Assembly: GCA_002269645.1 (NCBI GenBank)
Contig: NIVC01000200.1
Location: 434,001-498,000 of the forward strand
Direction of reading: 5' to 3'
Length of the DNA stretch: 64,000 nt
Origin: Macrostomum lignano
Lineage: Eukaryota
A program made the translations under genes and the position numbers. The stretch's first letter is position 1, and each line of letters begins with the position of its first letter. The notes under the pieces are model-generated. The model did no database searches, was not told the origin of the DNA, and saw only the letters and a program-made list of their open reading frames with translations. Positions 36,126 to 48,425 of the stretch are shown here, in pieces.

Positions 36126-39119
36126 AACTATGCAACTCTGCTAGTATAGAGTACGACCAAGTGCTGTTTTTTTAATAAAAGAAGTGGTGCCACTTTAAAA
36201 TAGTCTGGGTTTTTATATATAAAACACCTCCACAATAAATACTTCAACCTTTGAACAGAGGAGAGAGAAAAAAAGCCTTAACTAAGTGCCCGCGAATTCA
36301 ACCAGCCCTGCATGCAGTGTTTTGCGAGTACAAAGTACACTACTAAAGACACTGACAGCTGGAGCTTGTGGAATTTTGATATTGAAGCTCAGGCTGCCCA
36401 GCAGAGATAAGAGCCCATTTTAGGTAATAAGCATATATGTTCTAGATCTATTTTTAGCAACTAAAATAGCAAGACTGGCAATTGAGTACATTTCAAACTG
36501 CAAAGAACCTTTATAGTCCGTACATAGCACTTGATATACCACAAATGACCTTCAGATGTACTAGTACTTTTATTGACTTAATTCAGACCTGATTGCATCA
36601 CTAATTCCCAGAATCCTATACTGGTACTCACTGATTGCTCTGATCAATGAATCTTACATTTTTTCTGATTTTTCTGTTTTATTGTTAGGATCCAAGATTT
36701 ATAGACCAAATATAAAGTACAGATTTTTGGGTCTAGGGATTGACTTGTTTAATAGATGCACTAAAAATTTATTTACTATGGCTTTTACTATAATTGATTA
36801 ATTTATTCTATGACAATGGGCGATTACAATATAGTGTAGATAAAGATTCTAGTGGCAGATCTAAGGCCTATAAACCTCTTTTCTGTGGCTAGACTTGCAA
36901 ATAAGGGCTGGGGAATATAAATTCAAGCTTATTTTGGGCTTATTTTGGGCCAACCCAAAAACTTAGGCCAATCCACCCCCTTACTTAAAAAATTCTGGAT
37001 CCACCACTGAAATATTTCTTGTTTAGATAGTTTTATTCCATTTATTAAGAGATTAGATTTATCATGTAATCTAAAAAACAAGCAATGTAAGACATTTTTA
37101 ATATTAATATTGTTAATTAAAGCTTATTTCGATTTTTACAAATTATCCAATTATAAACATATACTAAATTCAGTGTCTCTAAATGCTATTTACAACCCAA
37201 ATTGAGTATAATCAACCAAAAAACTATTTTAAGCTTATAGCAAGTACTAAAATATTAGATTACATGGCATAATCTATGTTAAATATTAATAAATAGAACT
37301 AACTAAAAATTACAATTCTTTATAAACAATATTTGAACAAACTGGCTAAGTAGCTTTAAAAGTTGGATTTGTATTGTTTTAATTTTAAATCTGAGTAGTA
37401 ATAAATTACAGTTCTTTATCTTTAGACTTCAAAGGCTTTTTGTAGCTATTACAAAAATTACTAGGTAAAGCACAATGTAAATAGTTGACAACTACAGTAT
37501 AGGTATATTATAGATAGTATAGAATAGCCTAATCCTGGCCGGACTCCTGGGTAAGTTCTAGGGTAGAGTCGTAGACATTAGACATCGTTGATACATTGTG
37601 TGAAAACCTTAGTCTATTGTTTCTATAGTGACAAGTCTTGCAAAGCTTTATAGAAAACCTCCTAAAACAAGTTGTGGTTAGCTGTAGTTGGATCGAGTTA
37701 CAAACGTATTGTGTGTGTGCTAGAAAGCGGTCCAGAAAGAAATAACAACCAATCGTGAACAAAATTGACCGAGTGTTTTCTTGGAAAGTTTCAAGTTTAA
37801 AAGCACGCGGCAATGTAGTAACTAGAGTACATACTAAGTCAAAAGGTTATAACAAATGCTTTTAACATATTTAATCGCTCGGACTGGCAAATTCTTTTCT
37901 TCCAAAGCATATTCATTGCAGTAAAAGTGGTTCAACGGCCAAATGAGCACCAAAAGACCTATTTTATTCCAATTGCCATTCATGTATTTACTAGCCAGTA
38001 TTTTTGTGCATTAGTTTCTGTGTGCATACATTTATGTGAAAAAATGCTCTAGTACTATTTTAAGGTCCCACTAGCCCACTTCTAGCGAATTGTAACTCTT
38101 TAAAATGTTGGAGAACTTTGTTGCAAGCATGCATAGTTTTGCGCCAGTCTACGCATGTAATGCGCGCGTCACTCGACCCGTCATTTTCATGGAAAATACG
38201 TATGGAGTTCATGAAATTTCTAATTAGCTGTTAATATTTTTCATTCATTACAAGGTCTAAAATTAGCATGTACATTCAATAATGTGTAGTTTATGATGTG
38301 CTATAGTATCGTAATTAATGATGCACATAACTAATTCATATAGGTTCTAGCAAATGAAAACAAATCTTCAAACTCAACTGCTCCATTAACGATTGATGCA
38401 GGAACCATGCATACGCTACCCACCTCCCACCGATCGTCTTAGCTAAACGCATGCATAATTTAATCCCCGCCACTCCCAAAAAGAGCACGCGCATTTGCGC
38501 GCGTGTCTCGTCCGGCCTCCAACGACGATAAGAAAATCCGCGATCAAGGACGTTCTTCAGTCAGGAGCATTTACATGCATACTGTATGCAGCTGCTTTAT
38601 CAATTGATCACGAATCCTAATTTCGCTACCCTATATCGTCTTGCGTGTCTGCTCAGCTCATTTAAAATGGGCCAGCCATACAACTACAGGGAGGCGTGAT
38701 CACCCGGGGGGAGAAGGAAATGGAGAAAGGAAATATCTGAGAGTCTATATAAATTTTTCACGAGGTGAACTAGCTAGGCAATTTCGCCGTAAATTACTTT
38801 TCCTTATATTAGGACAAAAATGGCTTACAATGTAAGTGTTTAAGGTTTCTTCCTCTCGCTGCATTCGCTGCACTTTCTACGCTCGTATTCTCATATGGAT
38901 ACTCAGACTCAGACCATGCATAAAGTGTATTGTGCAGATTTCGTGCCCAGTAGTAACTACATGTATAGTTGGTGACTCATATTGAATTACACCCAGATTG
39001 TATCGCATCCTCGCGTGCTGGCAATAAGCTATGCATGCATAAGAGCCACACGCACACACAACTTGCTGAAAAATTATTGGAAAAATATTGGATTATGTCC
39101 CAGTGGTACTTCAACTACA

Positions 39120-39352
39120 CCCAGATACATGTACCTCGGGTTAGACCATATACCTCAGCTAACCTTCAGATACCTCAGCTACCCTTCAGATGCCTTCAGC
39201 TATACTATTCAGATGCCTCAGGTACCCTTTAGATGCCTCAGCTACACTGCAGATACCTCAGCTACCCTTCAGATGCCTTCAGCTATACTATTCAGATGCC
39301 TCAGGTACCCTTTAGATGCCTCAGCTACGCTGCAGATACCTCAGCTACACCC
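39120..39352. repeat. Short CAGATACCTCAGCTAC / CAGATGCCT-type tandem repeat
   Basis: Direct observation. Confidence 0.75.
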
Positions 39353-39354
39353 GA

Positions 39355-39883
39355 GGGGTCCATGAGAATTGCCCGCAGACAAATTGCCCGCCGAGATTTG
39401 CCCGCAGGAGATTTGCCCGCAGGAGATTTGCCCGTGGAGATTTGCCCGCCGAGAATTGCCCGCCGAGAATTGCCCGCGGAGATTTGCCCGCAGTGCATTT
39501 TGCCCGCGAGCGAGTTGCCCGCCGAGTTTTTTCCCGCCGAGGTTTGCCCGCAATGCTTTTTTCCTGCAGCGCATTTAGCGACGCGGCAGATTTTTTCTGC
39601 ATTGCCTTACCAATGCTTAGTACGTGTTAATCTCAATAAAGAGATTTACACGATCAAAACGTTTTGATAGTAACTGCATATCAAATGCATATTTTTTTTT
39701 TGGGGGGGGGCAATGCAGACAGAATCTAGCTGCCAAATGCGCTGCAGGAAAAAAGCATTGCGGGCAAACCTCGGCGGGAAAAAACTCGGCGGGCAACTCG
39801 CTCGCGGGCAAATTGCACTGCGGGCAAATCTCGGCGGGCAATTCTCGGCGGGCAATTCGTCTGCGGGCATTTCTCGGGCTCCC
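39355..39883. mobile_element. Foldback MITE: long inverted arms built of TTGCCCGC subrepeats
   Basis: Left arm GAGAATTGCCCGCAGACAAATTGCCCGCCGAG mirrors right arm CTCGGCGGGCAATTCGTCTGCGGGCATTTCTC; arms about 180-250 bp with a unique spacer. Superfamily not assigned. Confidence 0.8.
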
Positions 39884-40039
39884 CTTCAAAAATCAATACT
39901 GTCACTTTATGCCCGTCACTGCCACAGCCATCAAAAGCCATCAAATTTACATACTCAACAGTCCTTTGCGATTTCCCTCAAGTTAATTGGCTGAATTTCC
40001 ATGGAATCATCATATCAAATAAACTTTTTGGATATCAAT

Positions 40040-40545
40040 GTCAGATAGTCTGAAAGCTGGGGTGTCAGATGGTCTGAAAGCTGGGGTGTCAGATGGTCTG
40101 AAAGCTGGGGTGTCAGATGGTCTGAAAGCTGGGGTGTCAGATGGTCTGAAATCCGGGGTGTCAGATGGTCTGAAATCCGGGGTGTCAGATGGTCTGAAAT
40201 CCGGGGTGTCAGATGGTCTGAAATCCGGGGTGTCAGATGGTCTGAAATCCGGGGTGTCACATAGTCTGATATCTGGGGTGTCAGATGGTCTAAGAGCCGG
40301 GTGTCAGATGGTCTGAAATCCGGGGTGTCAGATGGTCTGAAATCCGGGGTGTCAGATGGTCTGAAATCCGGGGTGTCAGATGGTCTGAAATCCGGGGTGT
40401 CAGATGATCTGAAATCCGGGGTGTCACATGGTCTGAAATCCGGGGTGTCACATGGTCTGATATCTGAGGTGTCAGATGGTCTGAAATCCGGGGTGTCAGA
40501 TGATCTGAAATCCGGTGTGTCACATGATCTGACAGACAGGGTGTC
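40040..40545. repeat. 24-bp minisatellite (GGGGTGTCAGATGGTCTGAAATCC)n
   Basis: Direct observation. Confidence 0.95.
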
Positions 40546-41284
40546 CGATGTAAATGATGCTATTATTGTAATATTATATAATATTAAGTACAGGTATTAT
40601 AGAGACTCACAACTTTGATCATAGCATGCATGAATTTTAGCAAAACACCCATAGAGGGCGTACGAGCATTCGGGGCTCGTATCAGGAGTTCTGCTTTAGT
40701 CACAGCCAGTCAGCTTGTGTGCGTGTGTGGTCCACCCCGGGTGAAAACTAAACCAATTCCGGTCGGTTATAATATTTTTTGTTGGCCCGTCTCCATTAAT
40801 TTTCTTTTCGCCTTCTCTCTCCCTCTCTTGCTCTATCTCGAATGCTGGTGGGGGCTTGTTTGGGTTTGGGCTTTCTCTTACTTCTCTCTCCCTCTCTGCT
40901 CTCAATTCTCACCCCGCCGTAGCCAACAGGCTAATTCTCAAGGCTAGTTCCAGTTAGTACACTACGAGTACATAAAAATGCATAAATTGCATTATTTCCA
41001 CTCGCCTCTCGCTACAGCTCATATGCATCTAATTGTGTTCGGCTTCTATAACATCTAAGTCTTCGCCTCATCCATTCTCTTTTAATTTGTATCGATAATT
41101 CTCGTATATACTCGTAATTACATGTAAGTTATAATAAAGTCCCAGCAAATTATAACGAAGATGGACATCATTATTTGAATCGTGCTGAAAGACTATAAGG
41201 GTAAGTATATTAATATATAGTTAATACCATAATTTTTCTTATAAATTATACCATAAAAGGACTCTATCATCACAACACTTACAT

Positions 41285-41845
41285 TTAAAACCCCAAAATT
41301 CACAACTCTGAATTTCAAAAACCCCAACCTCCACAAACCCTAAAATTCACAGCATTAAACTTCACAAACCCCAACCTCCACAAACCCTAAAATTCACAGC
41401 ATTAAACTTCACAAACCCCAACCTCCACAAACCCTAAAATTCACAGCATTAAACTTCACGAACCCCAACCTCCACAAACCCTAAAATTCACAGCATTAAA
41501 CTTCACAAACCCCGACCTCCGCAAACCCTAAAATTCACAACATTAAACTTCACAAACCCCAACCTCCGCAAACCCTAAAATTCACAGCATTAAACTTCAC
41601 AAACCCCAACCTCCGCAAACCCTAAAATTCACAGCATTAAACTTCACAAACCCCAACCTCCGCAAACCCTAAAATTCACAGCATTAAACTTCACAAACCC
41701 CAACCTCCGCAAACCCTAAAATTCACAGCATTAAACTTCACAAACCCCAACCTCCGCAAACCCTAAAATTCACAGCATTAAACTTCACAAACCCCAACCT
41801 CCGCAAACCCTAAAATTCACAGCATTAAACTTCACAAACCCTAAA
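41285..41845. repeat. 47-bp minisatellite (AAACCCTAAAATTCACAGCATTAAACTTCACAAACCCCAACCTCCGC)n
   Basis: Period of 47 checked between 41521 and 41568. Confidence 0.95.
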
Positions 41846-42651
41846 CTTTAGAAATCCAACCTTTCTATTTTTGTGTACAGCGAAAATGCGAAACCGCGAA
41901 AGGCCCTTATAGACAAGACAACGTAGCAGATAGACGAGCTGCATAAATAGCTGCTTAAAAGTACAAACTGTCTGGTTGCTTACACAAACGTATAGCGTGA
42001 CAGACCAAACAGACAGCGCCAATTGAAGTCTTGCGTACCACACGTGCAAACAGACTTTAGTATATATAAGCATGCTTAATCTCTCCCTCAGCCTCCCAGA
42101 TCCACACGGATGATGTCCCAACATCACCTCATCCCTCAATCCCGACCCCACAGTTCCCCAATCATCTCAACCATCCAACAGAGCCAGATTGCTCTCCCTG
42201 ATGTTTGCCATGCAGCAGTCATCCGCAGGTTGGCTTAAACTTGGGAGTGAGAGGGGATAAAGAGAAAAGGGGATGCGGAAAGAGAAGGAGAGAGAGAGAG
42301 TTTCTCCCCAACCACGTGGACCATCTGGACTTGTCTCATTGGCTGATTTCTTCACTTCTCCCAGCACGCGCGTACAAAACCTTCGTGGGCGCTGCTAGGG
42401 AACCTTTTCTCTGTCGGGGCTAAAGAATTTAATCTCCGGAGTCGCCGTGTAGGAGGAAGAGAGGTGGCAGCGGTTAGCGGCGGCGCTTGAAAAGCCTCTT
42501 TGAGCCTCTTGAGAGCAACTGCAGGTAAAAGTCTTTCTTAAACACATTGGAAGCACTACAGAATTACTAAAGAGCAATTTTGACATTTTATAGACTTGTC
42601 AAGACTATTTTTAGTGCCCTGTTTACGTAAGTTTCTCCTGAAAGATGCAGA

Positions 42652-43025
42652 TGTAAGAATGGTGTTCATACCTGTAAGAATGGTGTTCATACCTGTAAGA
42701 ATGGTGTTCATACCTGTAAGAATGGTGTTCATACCTGTAAGAATGGAGTTCATACCTGTAAGAATGGAGTTCATACCTGTAAGAATGGTGTTCATACCTG
42801 TAAGAATGGTGTTCATACCTGTAAGAATGGTGTTCATACCTGTAAGAATGGTGTTCATACCTGTAAGAATGGTGTTCATACCTGTAAGAATGGTGTTCAT
42901 ACCTGTAAGAATGGTGTTCATACCTGTAAGAATGGTGTTCATACCTGTAAGAATGGCGTTCATACCTGTAAGAATGGAGTTCATACCTGTAAGAATGGAG
43001 TTCATACCTGTAAGAATGGCGTTTT
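42652..43025. repeat. 21-bp minisatellite (TGTAAGAATGGTGTTCATACC)n
   Basis: Direct observation. Confidence 0.95.
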
Positions 43026-43240
43026 ACTACATATAACAAGCTTTTTTTATTTTATTACCGGTTGTACCGGTTTTACTACCGGTTGTGTGACTGAAAAAAC
43101 ATTCCTTGAACTTTATAACCCAAACGACCCTGATGTAACACATTACTCACGATTAGCCACGCAGAAATATCAACTCCTTTTGTTCCTACAGTTGTCAATC
43201 GGCCAAGTTCAAGCCTCAGTCCAGCTCAGACACAGCAGCA

Positions 43241-45467
43241 ATGACTCGAAACCGGGAGCGCTACCACCAGGCCGCCAGGGACGGCTATCTCGATCTGTTG
43301 CGCGAGGCAACGCGAAGCGAGGCGGACGGGCCAGACGAGAACGGAATGAGTCCGGTGATGTGGGCAGCCTTCTATGGCAATGTGGACGCGCTGAGGCTGC
43401 TCATACAGAGAGGGTGAGCGGGTTTTAAGGGGCAGATTGGTTCAACAGTTAAGGTGTCTGACTCTCGCGCCACCACCTCTGGTTTGATGCACGCGATTTG
43501 CACCCACGAGGACCAAATAGAAAGTCATGGCCGCTGTACAGTATTGGCGCGCTTGTATGCACAACGGAAGGGGCCGTAGCCCAGTGGTCCCGCGCGGTGC
43601 TCTGGTGTGCCAGCGGCCCAGGCTCGATTCCAAATGCAGTCACAACAATTTGGAGCTGAATTGAAATTGCGGCTTGGCTCTGCTCGTGAAATTAACGCCC
43701 TTGAGGGCCAACCCCCCAAGGCGCAGTGAAGTGTACATGCCTAAAGATAAATAAAGTTAGGGCCGCTGTACACTCCTGTGTGAGTGTGTGCCTGTGCGTA
43801 TGACTGCGTACGTATCCTCGCGCTTGTGTGCTTGCTCAGGGGAGTCGGCGGAATGGGCAGTAATGCCTCTCGCCGGTTGTGACAATGTCGCTTGAAGTGC
43901 ACCAGAGTGCACACAGCCCTGCGAATATTATTAGCATTATCATTGGGACTATGATGTGTGTCAAAACCCGTCCATTTGCTGCAGGGGCAACCCGGACAAG
44001 ACAGACTACATGGGCAGCAGTGCGCTGCACTTTGCCGCACTGAACGGCCACATGAACTGCGTCACCTTCTTAGTAAACTTTGGTGCTAATATTTGGATTT
44101 TGGACAACGATTTTCACACGGCACTGGATCTGGCAGGGCTGAGAGACCATCGAGACATCGTTGAGTATCTGGATGGCGTAGCTGGCAAGCAGGTGAGCAT
44201 GAACCGGCGAGTTGTATCCAAGATGCGCGAGAAGGCAGCGCTGGAGGCGCAGAAGCGCGTAAAGAAATTCGACCGCCTGATGCGGAAGACCAGCAAGAAG
44301 CTCGCAAAAAACGACCGGCAGCAGCAGGCGGCCCTGTCCGCTTCGTTCAACTCCTCGTCGTCGAGTGCTAGCACGATGCTTCGCTCGAACGCCACTAGCA
44401 ATCCGAACTACCGGCACCAGACAAGGTCAGGGACGGAAGACGACGCCAGCGACCAGAGCCAGTCACGCCAGAGGTCGCTGTCCTTCGGTCTGACAGCAGC
44501 CGGAAGCTCCGGTGGTCGCGCCGGCAGTCTGTCAGACTTAGTCGGTGCGGTAACTCTCCGACGGCCTCAGAACGGCAGCGGGTCCTCTAGCAACGGCCCG
44601 AGGCCTTTCTCAGAATACCTCACCAGTGCGCGATCAAATCGGAGTCGCTACACGTTCGGTGCGGCTAGGAAAGTGGTCAGTCACCACAGGCAGCAGCAAC
44701 AGCAACAGAATTCAGCAGGAGGCAGCAACAAAGACTACGGCGACTATAACGACGGCAATCTAGCTTTGTCAGCTTCGTCGCAGAGTTCAGACATTGTCTA
44801 CGCGAGGACAAGCGCCGATGGACGTTCTATTTTGTCCGGACCGGTCTCTGAGCCCGACATGCAGCAGCAACAGGACGCTGGACTGTTCGAGAGGCCTGGC
44901 TTTGGTAGCGTAGCTTTTTTCCACCGGCATCCGCGCACGGCGCCCTCCCAGGCGGCGCTCATGGCAAAAACGTTGAGCTCGTTGAAGGACGCTCCACCGC
45001 TAGGACAGCAGCCGCAACCGCAGCCGCACCCAATGCTCCTTCAACCGCCGTCGCCGTCCTACAGCAGACGCAGCGGAGCAGCCGACTCGATTGGCACGTC
45101 AGGCAGCCTGCTGCGCCGGTGGCGCGATCTGCCCTGGTCGGGCGAGGATCTCGACAACCTCGAGGATGACTACGAGTACGACGACGACAACGACGACGTT
45201 GATGGCAGACTCGGTGGCGGCAAAGGGACTCTGAGACCGAGGAAGCAGGCCGATCTGGAGCTGTTCCTGACCTGCCTGGGCCTCCCGGACTGCATGCCAG
45301 CGCTGGCCCGCGAGCAGATCGACCTGGACTCGCTCAGCCTGTGCACCGACGCCGACCTGCAGACGCTGGGCCTGCCGCTAGGCCCGCGACGAAAAATTCT
45401 CGAGGCGATGCAGCGTCGACGCGTCGCTTTTGAGCGACGCGACTGTCTAGTAGACTTGCGACTGTGA
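43241..45467 (+). CDS. USH1G: USH1G/SANS ortholog (ankyrin repeats, central domain, SAM), ~551 aa, exons 43241-43413 and 43985-45467
   Basis: [51 protein letters not shown] and a C-terminal SAM domain match SANS. The phase-2 intron splits RG|GNPDK. Confidence 0.93.
43570..43930 (+). mobile_element. tRNA-derived SINE, copy 2, in the USH1G intron
   Basis: GGGGCCGTAGCCCAGTGG (A box) and GGCTCGATTCC (B box); body nearly collinear with 15281-15642. Confidence 0.82.
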
Positions 45468-45609
45468 ATGGCTATAATCGTAAAAGTACACACGGCTACT
45501 CAATAGTTTAGTTCATTCTTAGAAAGCGCAATATCATTTCACTGAAAAGACCACTGCTAAAGTGTGATATCATGGATAACTAAAGTAGATTTCGCATGAT
45601 GCCGGATGT

Positions 45610-46096
45610 TTTCGCTGCAAAATGCATTAGCCAGGTAAGGAAGCTTTTCGGTTTTAGCTAGAATTTTAGTATATGAACTATCAATCTAGTGCCCCCCTTC
45701 GGGGCGGCTAAGAAGCAAGGAACAAAACTTATTAATGCAAGTCCATTAAAAAAGCACATTTTTCTAAGAACCAATTCCTTCTTCCGTTTTATAAATCACC
45801 CTATTCGAGTTAAATAGACACGGACAAAGATATTTGCAATGAATCTCTTTTTTGAGAAGTAACAAAAAGACAACAAAATAATTAGTCTTCTCGAAGATAG
45901 CAGGCCTTCCCCCAAGATAGCAAGCATCCCCTATATTGCAAGCAATCCTTAAAAAATTTATTCCTTTCTTTGTTGCCTCCCCAAACGTGGGGTGCTGATA
46001 CTAAAAATGGGAGTTTAGCTGACACCAACGTGAAGCTTAGTGCTAAAAACACGAAAAACTTCTCATCTTTTCGCTAATGCATTTTGCAGCAAAAAA
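45610..46096. mobile_element. MITE-like element with ~50-bp imperfect terminal inverted repeats
   Basis: GCTGCAAAATGCATTAGC (45614-45631) is the exact reverse complement of GCTAATGCATTTTGCAGC (46073-46090); the similarity extends inward. Confidence 0.55.
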
Positions 46097-46171
46097 GTTC
46101 TACTCTAGCTATCTCTGCATAGTAGTATGTATAGTGCCAATGCTACTTTTTATGTGTCACAAGTCACTACA

Positions 46172-46233
46172 CACGTAGCTAATAGCGTAAAAAACTGGCT
46201 TATAATCCCATAGGTCGCTAGTTCGATTCCAGC
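46172..46233 (+). other. tRNA-like remnant (pseudogene or SINE head)
   Basis: TAGCTAATAGCG (A-box-like), anticodon-arm-like TGGCTTATAATCCCA, and AGTTCGATTCC (B box); no good acceptor stem. Confidence 0.35.
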
Positions 46234-46826
46234 AATGATTGGAAATGCTCATTATTGAAGTTTCTTAGTCTCGTTCACTGCAATACTCATTGAAGACAGA
46301 TGTTTAGCATCACCAGGCGTCGTGATTGGGTAGGACTCTTGTGTCTGATATGTACTGTGCCATTGTTAATAAATGTTGACGTTTACACTTTGCAACGAAT
46401 CGTATTTGAATGTAAAAAAAACTTGTCTGAACCAGCTGTGCATTATTGATTTAAGCGATGTAAGCAAGCGCGGCTTCAGCTTGTGCGATTGCTGCCGAAA
46501 AAAGGGCGTATAGATGATTATTGTACCCTTTTGTATGAAATATGATTGTAACCGGATTTCTAGGACCAATTCTTCCGTTTATGGCACTTTGAAAGAGCAG
46601 GCAGTAAAGATAATCAGCCAAGCGTCTATGGTACTCGTAATTGAAAAGGACAGTAAAGGCGACTAGCCTAACTGTCATAAATTAACTGTCGTGGATTTTT
46701 AGCTTTCATTCAAAATACCAATAGAAAAAGGAGCTAAAGAAGTATTATTAAATGAGCTACACTAAAGTGCTGCCTAAGCTAACCAGTGAATATCTGCAAA
46801 TTCTGGACCGGATTGGGAATTAATAT

Positions 46827-47090
46827 GTGCCTAAATCGACCGAGATTCGACGAAAACTTAACGTGGCAAGGTTTTGCCAGTTCCTCAAAGAGAAGGGGCT
46901 CTGCCAAGAGTTTGAGCGTGTACTGGGTCGATTCCTGAGCGATTATCTGAGGCTTTTCTATTTGTCTCTTCGAAAGCAGAGTGGAACATACTACGCGCCG
47001 AAGTCTCTCATCTGCTTTCGTGTGGCCATTCAACGGCACCTGGAATCCCCGTCCGTCAATCGCCAGGTGAACATCACTACAGGAGAATCA
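46827..47090 (+). pseudogene. N-terminal fragment of a second Crypton-type tyrosine recombinase (KCTD1/CryptonV-like)
   Basis: MPKST..KLNVARFCQFLKEK and LRLFYLSLRKQSGTYYAPKSLICFRVAIQRHL match the N-terminal FY...RK.DG..Y...SL...RAAIQRHL motif; the similarity is lost after NITTG. Confidence 0.7.
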
Positions 47091-48097
47091 TTACCGGAGG
47101 AACAAAATTATTCCTTCGTTGCTTATCTTGTTGTTCGTAGTTGTCATGTTTCGATTCTTTTCTTTAGCCAAATGCTTTCGTTAATTTTCTGGCAACAATC
47201 TAAAACAGCCGGCAAGCAATTGAGTTGTTGCCGAAAGTCTTACTGCCGAAAACCATAGACAAAAGGGTACAATAGCGACATAGACAGATTCTTTCACGAC
47301 AGCAATGGCTTTACAGCTACGCAGCTTCAGCTTACGCAATTGCTGCCGAAAAATCCGTATATATCGTTACATTGCTCCCTTTTATATCTATGACCGCGGC
47401 ATCTGTGTTTACGACGTAGCGCTCTTATGTCTATGGCCAAGACATTCTGCGTGTAAAATGCAGATTGCACCGACTGTTGGTCAGTCTATGTCTATGGCAT
47501 CGCTCAAGCCACAGCTAAGCTGAGTGATTCAGAGAGCAGCGTCACTGCTGAAGAGGAACGACAACAAAAGGCGGCAGACGTCACAAGAAGTTCCAGGATG
47601 ATCGAATGAATCAAACTGATGGCTAGCTATAAGAGTACACAATTCCCCTCTTGTGCATGCATAGCTAAACAGATACATATGTAAATAGGTAAAAGAACCG
47701 CCTCAAGTCGAAACATAATATTTGACTTCGTGTTTCATTCCTGCCTACCTTCTCGTTCGTGATATCCATTATAAACACAAGGTACTGTTTAGTCAAACAA
47801 TAACGAAAATCTTTCAAGTTGAAAGATTACATTTTACCGTCTAAAGCAATGGTCAACTTTTCAAAATAAGACTTCTTTATTGAATCTAATTAAATTTTTA
47901 AACAGGCGATCTTGATATGCGCATGCTCGAGTGAGTATTCGTCAGCGTCTTAAGTCTCGACGTGTGTACCATCAGTCATCATTTAAAAATAGTAATCCAA
48001 ACCTGTTAAGTACTTAGTAAGTCAACAGTGCAACCTCGAGGCAAGTACCGCCTTACAACTTCCCAAGTTTTCTAAGTACATTCGATAAGTACTTTCC

Positions 48098-48425
48098 AAG
48101 TATGCAATATTTTCTTGGGTCACTTCTCAAGTACTTTCCAGTTCCAAGTATGCAATATTTTCTTGGGTCACTTCTCAAGTACTTTCCAGTTCCAAGTATG
48201 CAATGTTTTCTTGGGTCACTTCTCAAGTACTTTCCAGTTCCAAGTATGCAATATTTTCTTGGGTCACTTCTCAAGTACTTTCCAGTTCCAAGTATGCAAT
48301 ATTTTCTTGGGTCACTTCTCAAGTACTTTCCAGTTGCAAGTATGCAATGTTTTCTTGGGTCACTTCTCAAGTACTTTCCAGTTCCAAGTATGCAATGTTT
48401 TCTTGGGTCACTTCTCAAGTATACT
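48098..48425. repeat. 48-bp minisatellite, about 7 copies
   Basis: Unit AGTACTTTCCAGTTCCAAGTATGCAATATTTTCTTGGGTCACTTCTCA. Confidence 0.95.

Noticed and set aside
36850-37009. Possible small MITE (TAGTGGCAGATCT .. GGATCCACCACTG)
   Set aside because: The inverted match is too degenerate and no TSD was found; not supportable from one copy.
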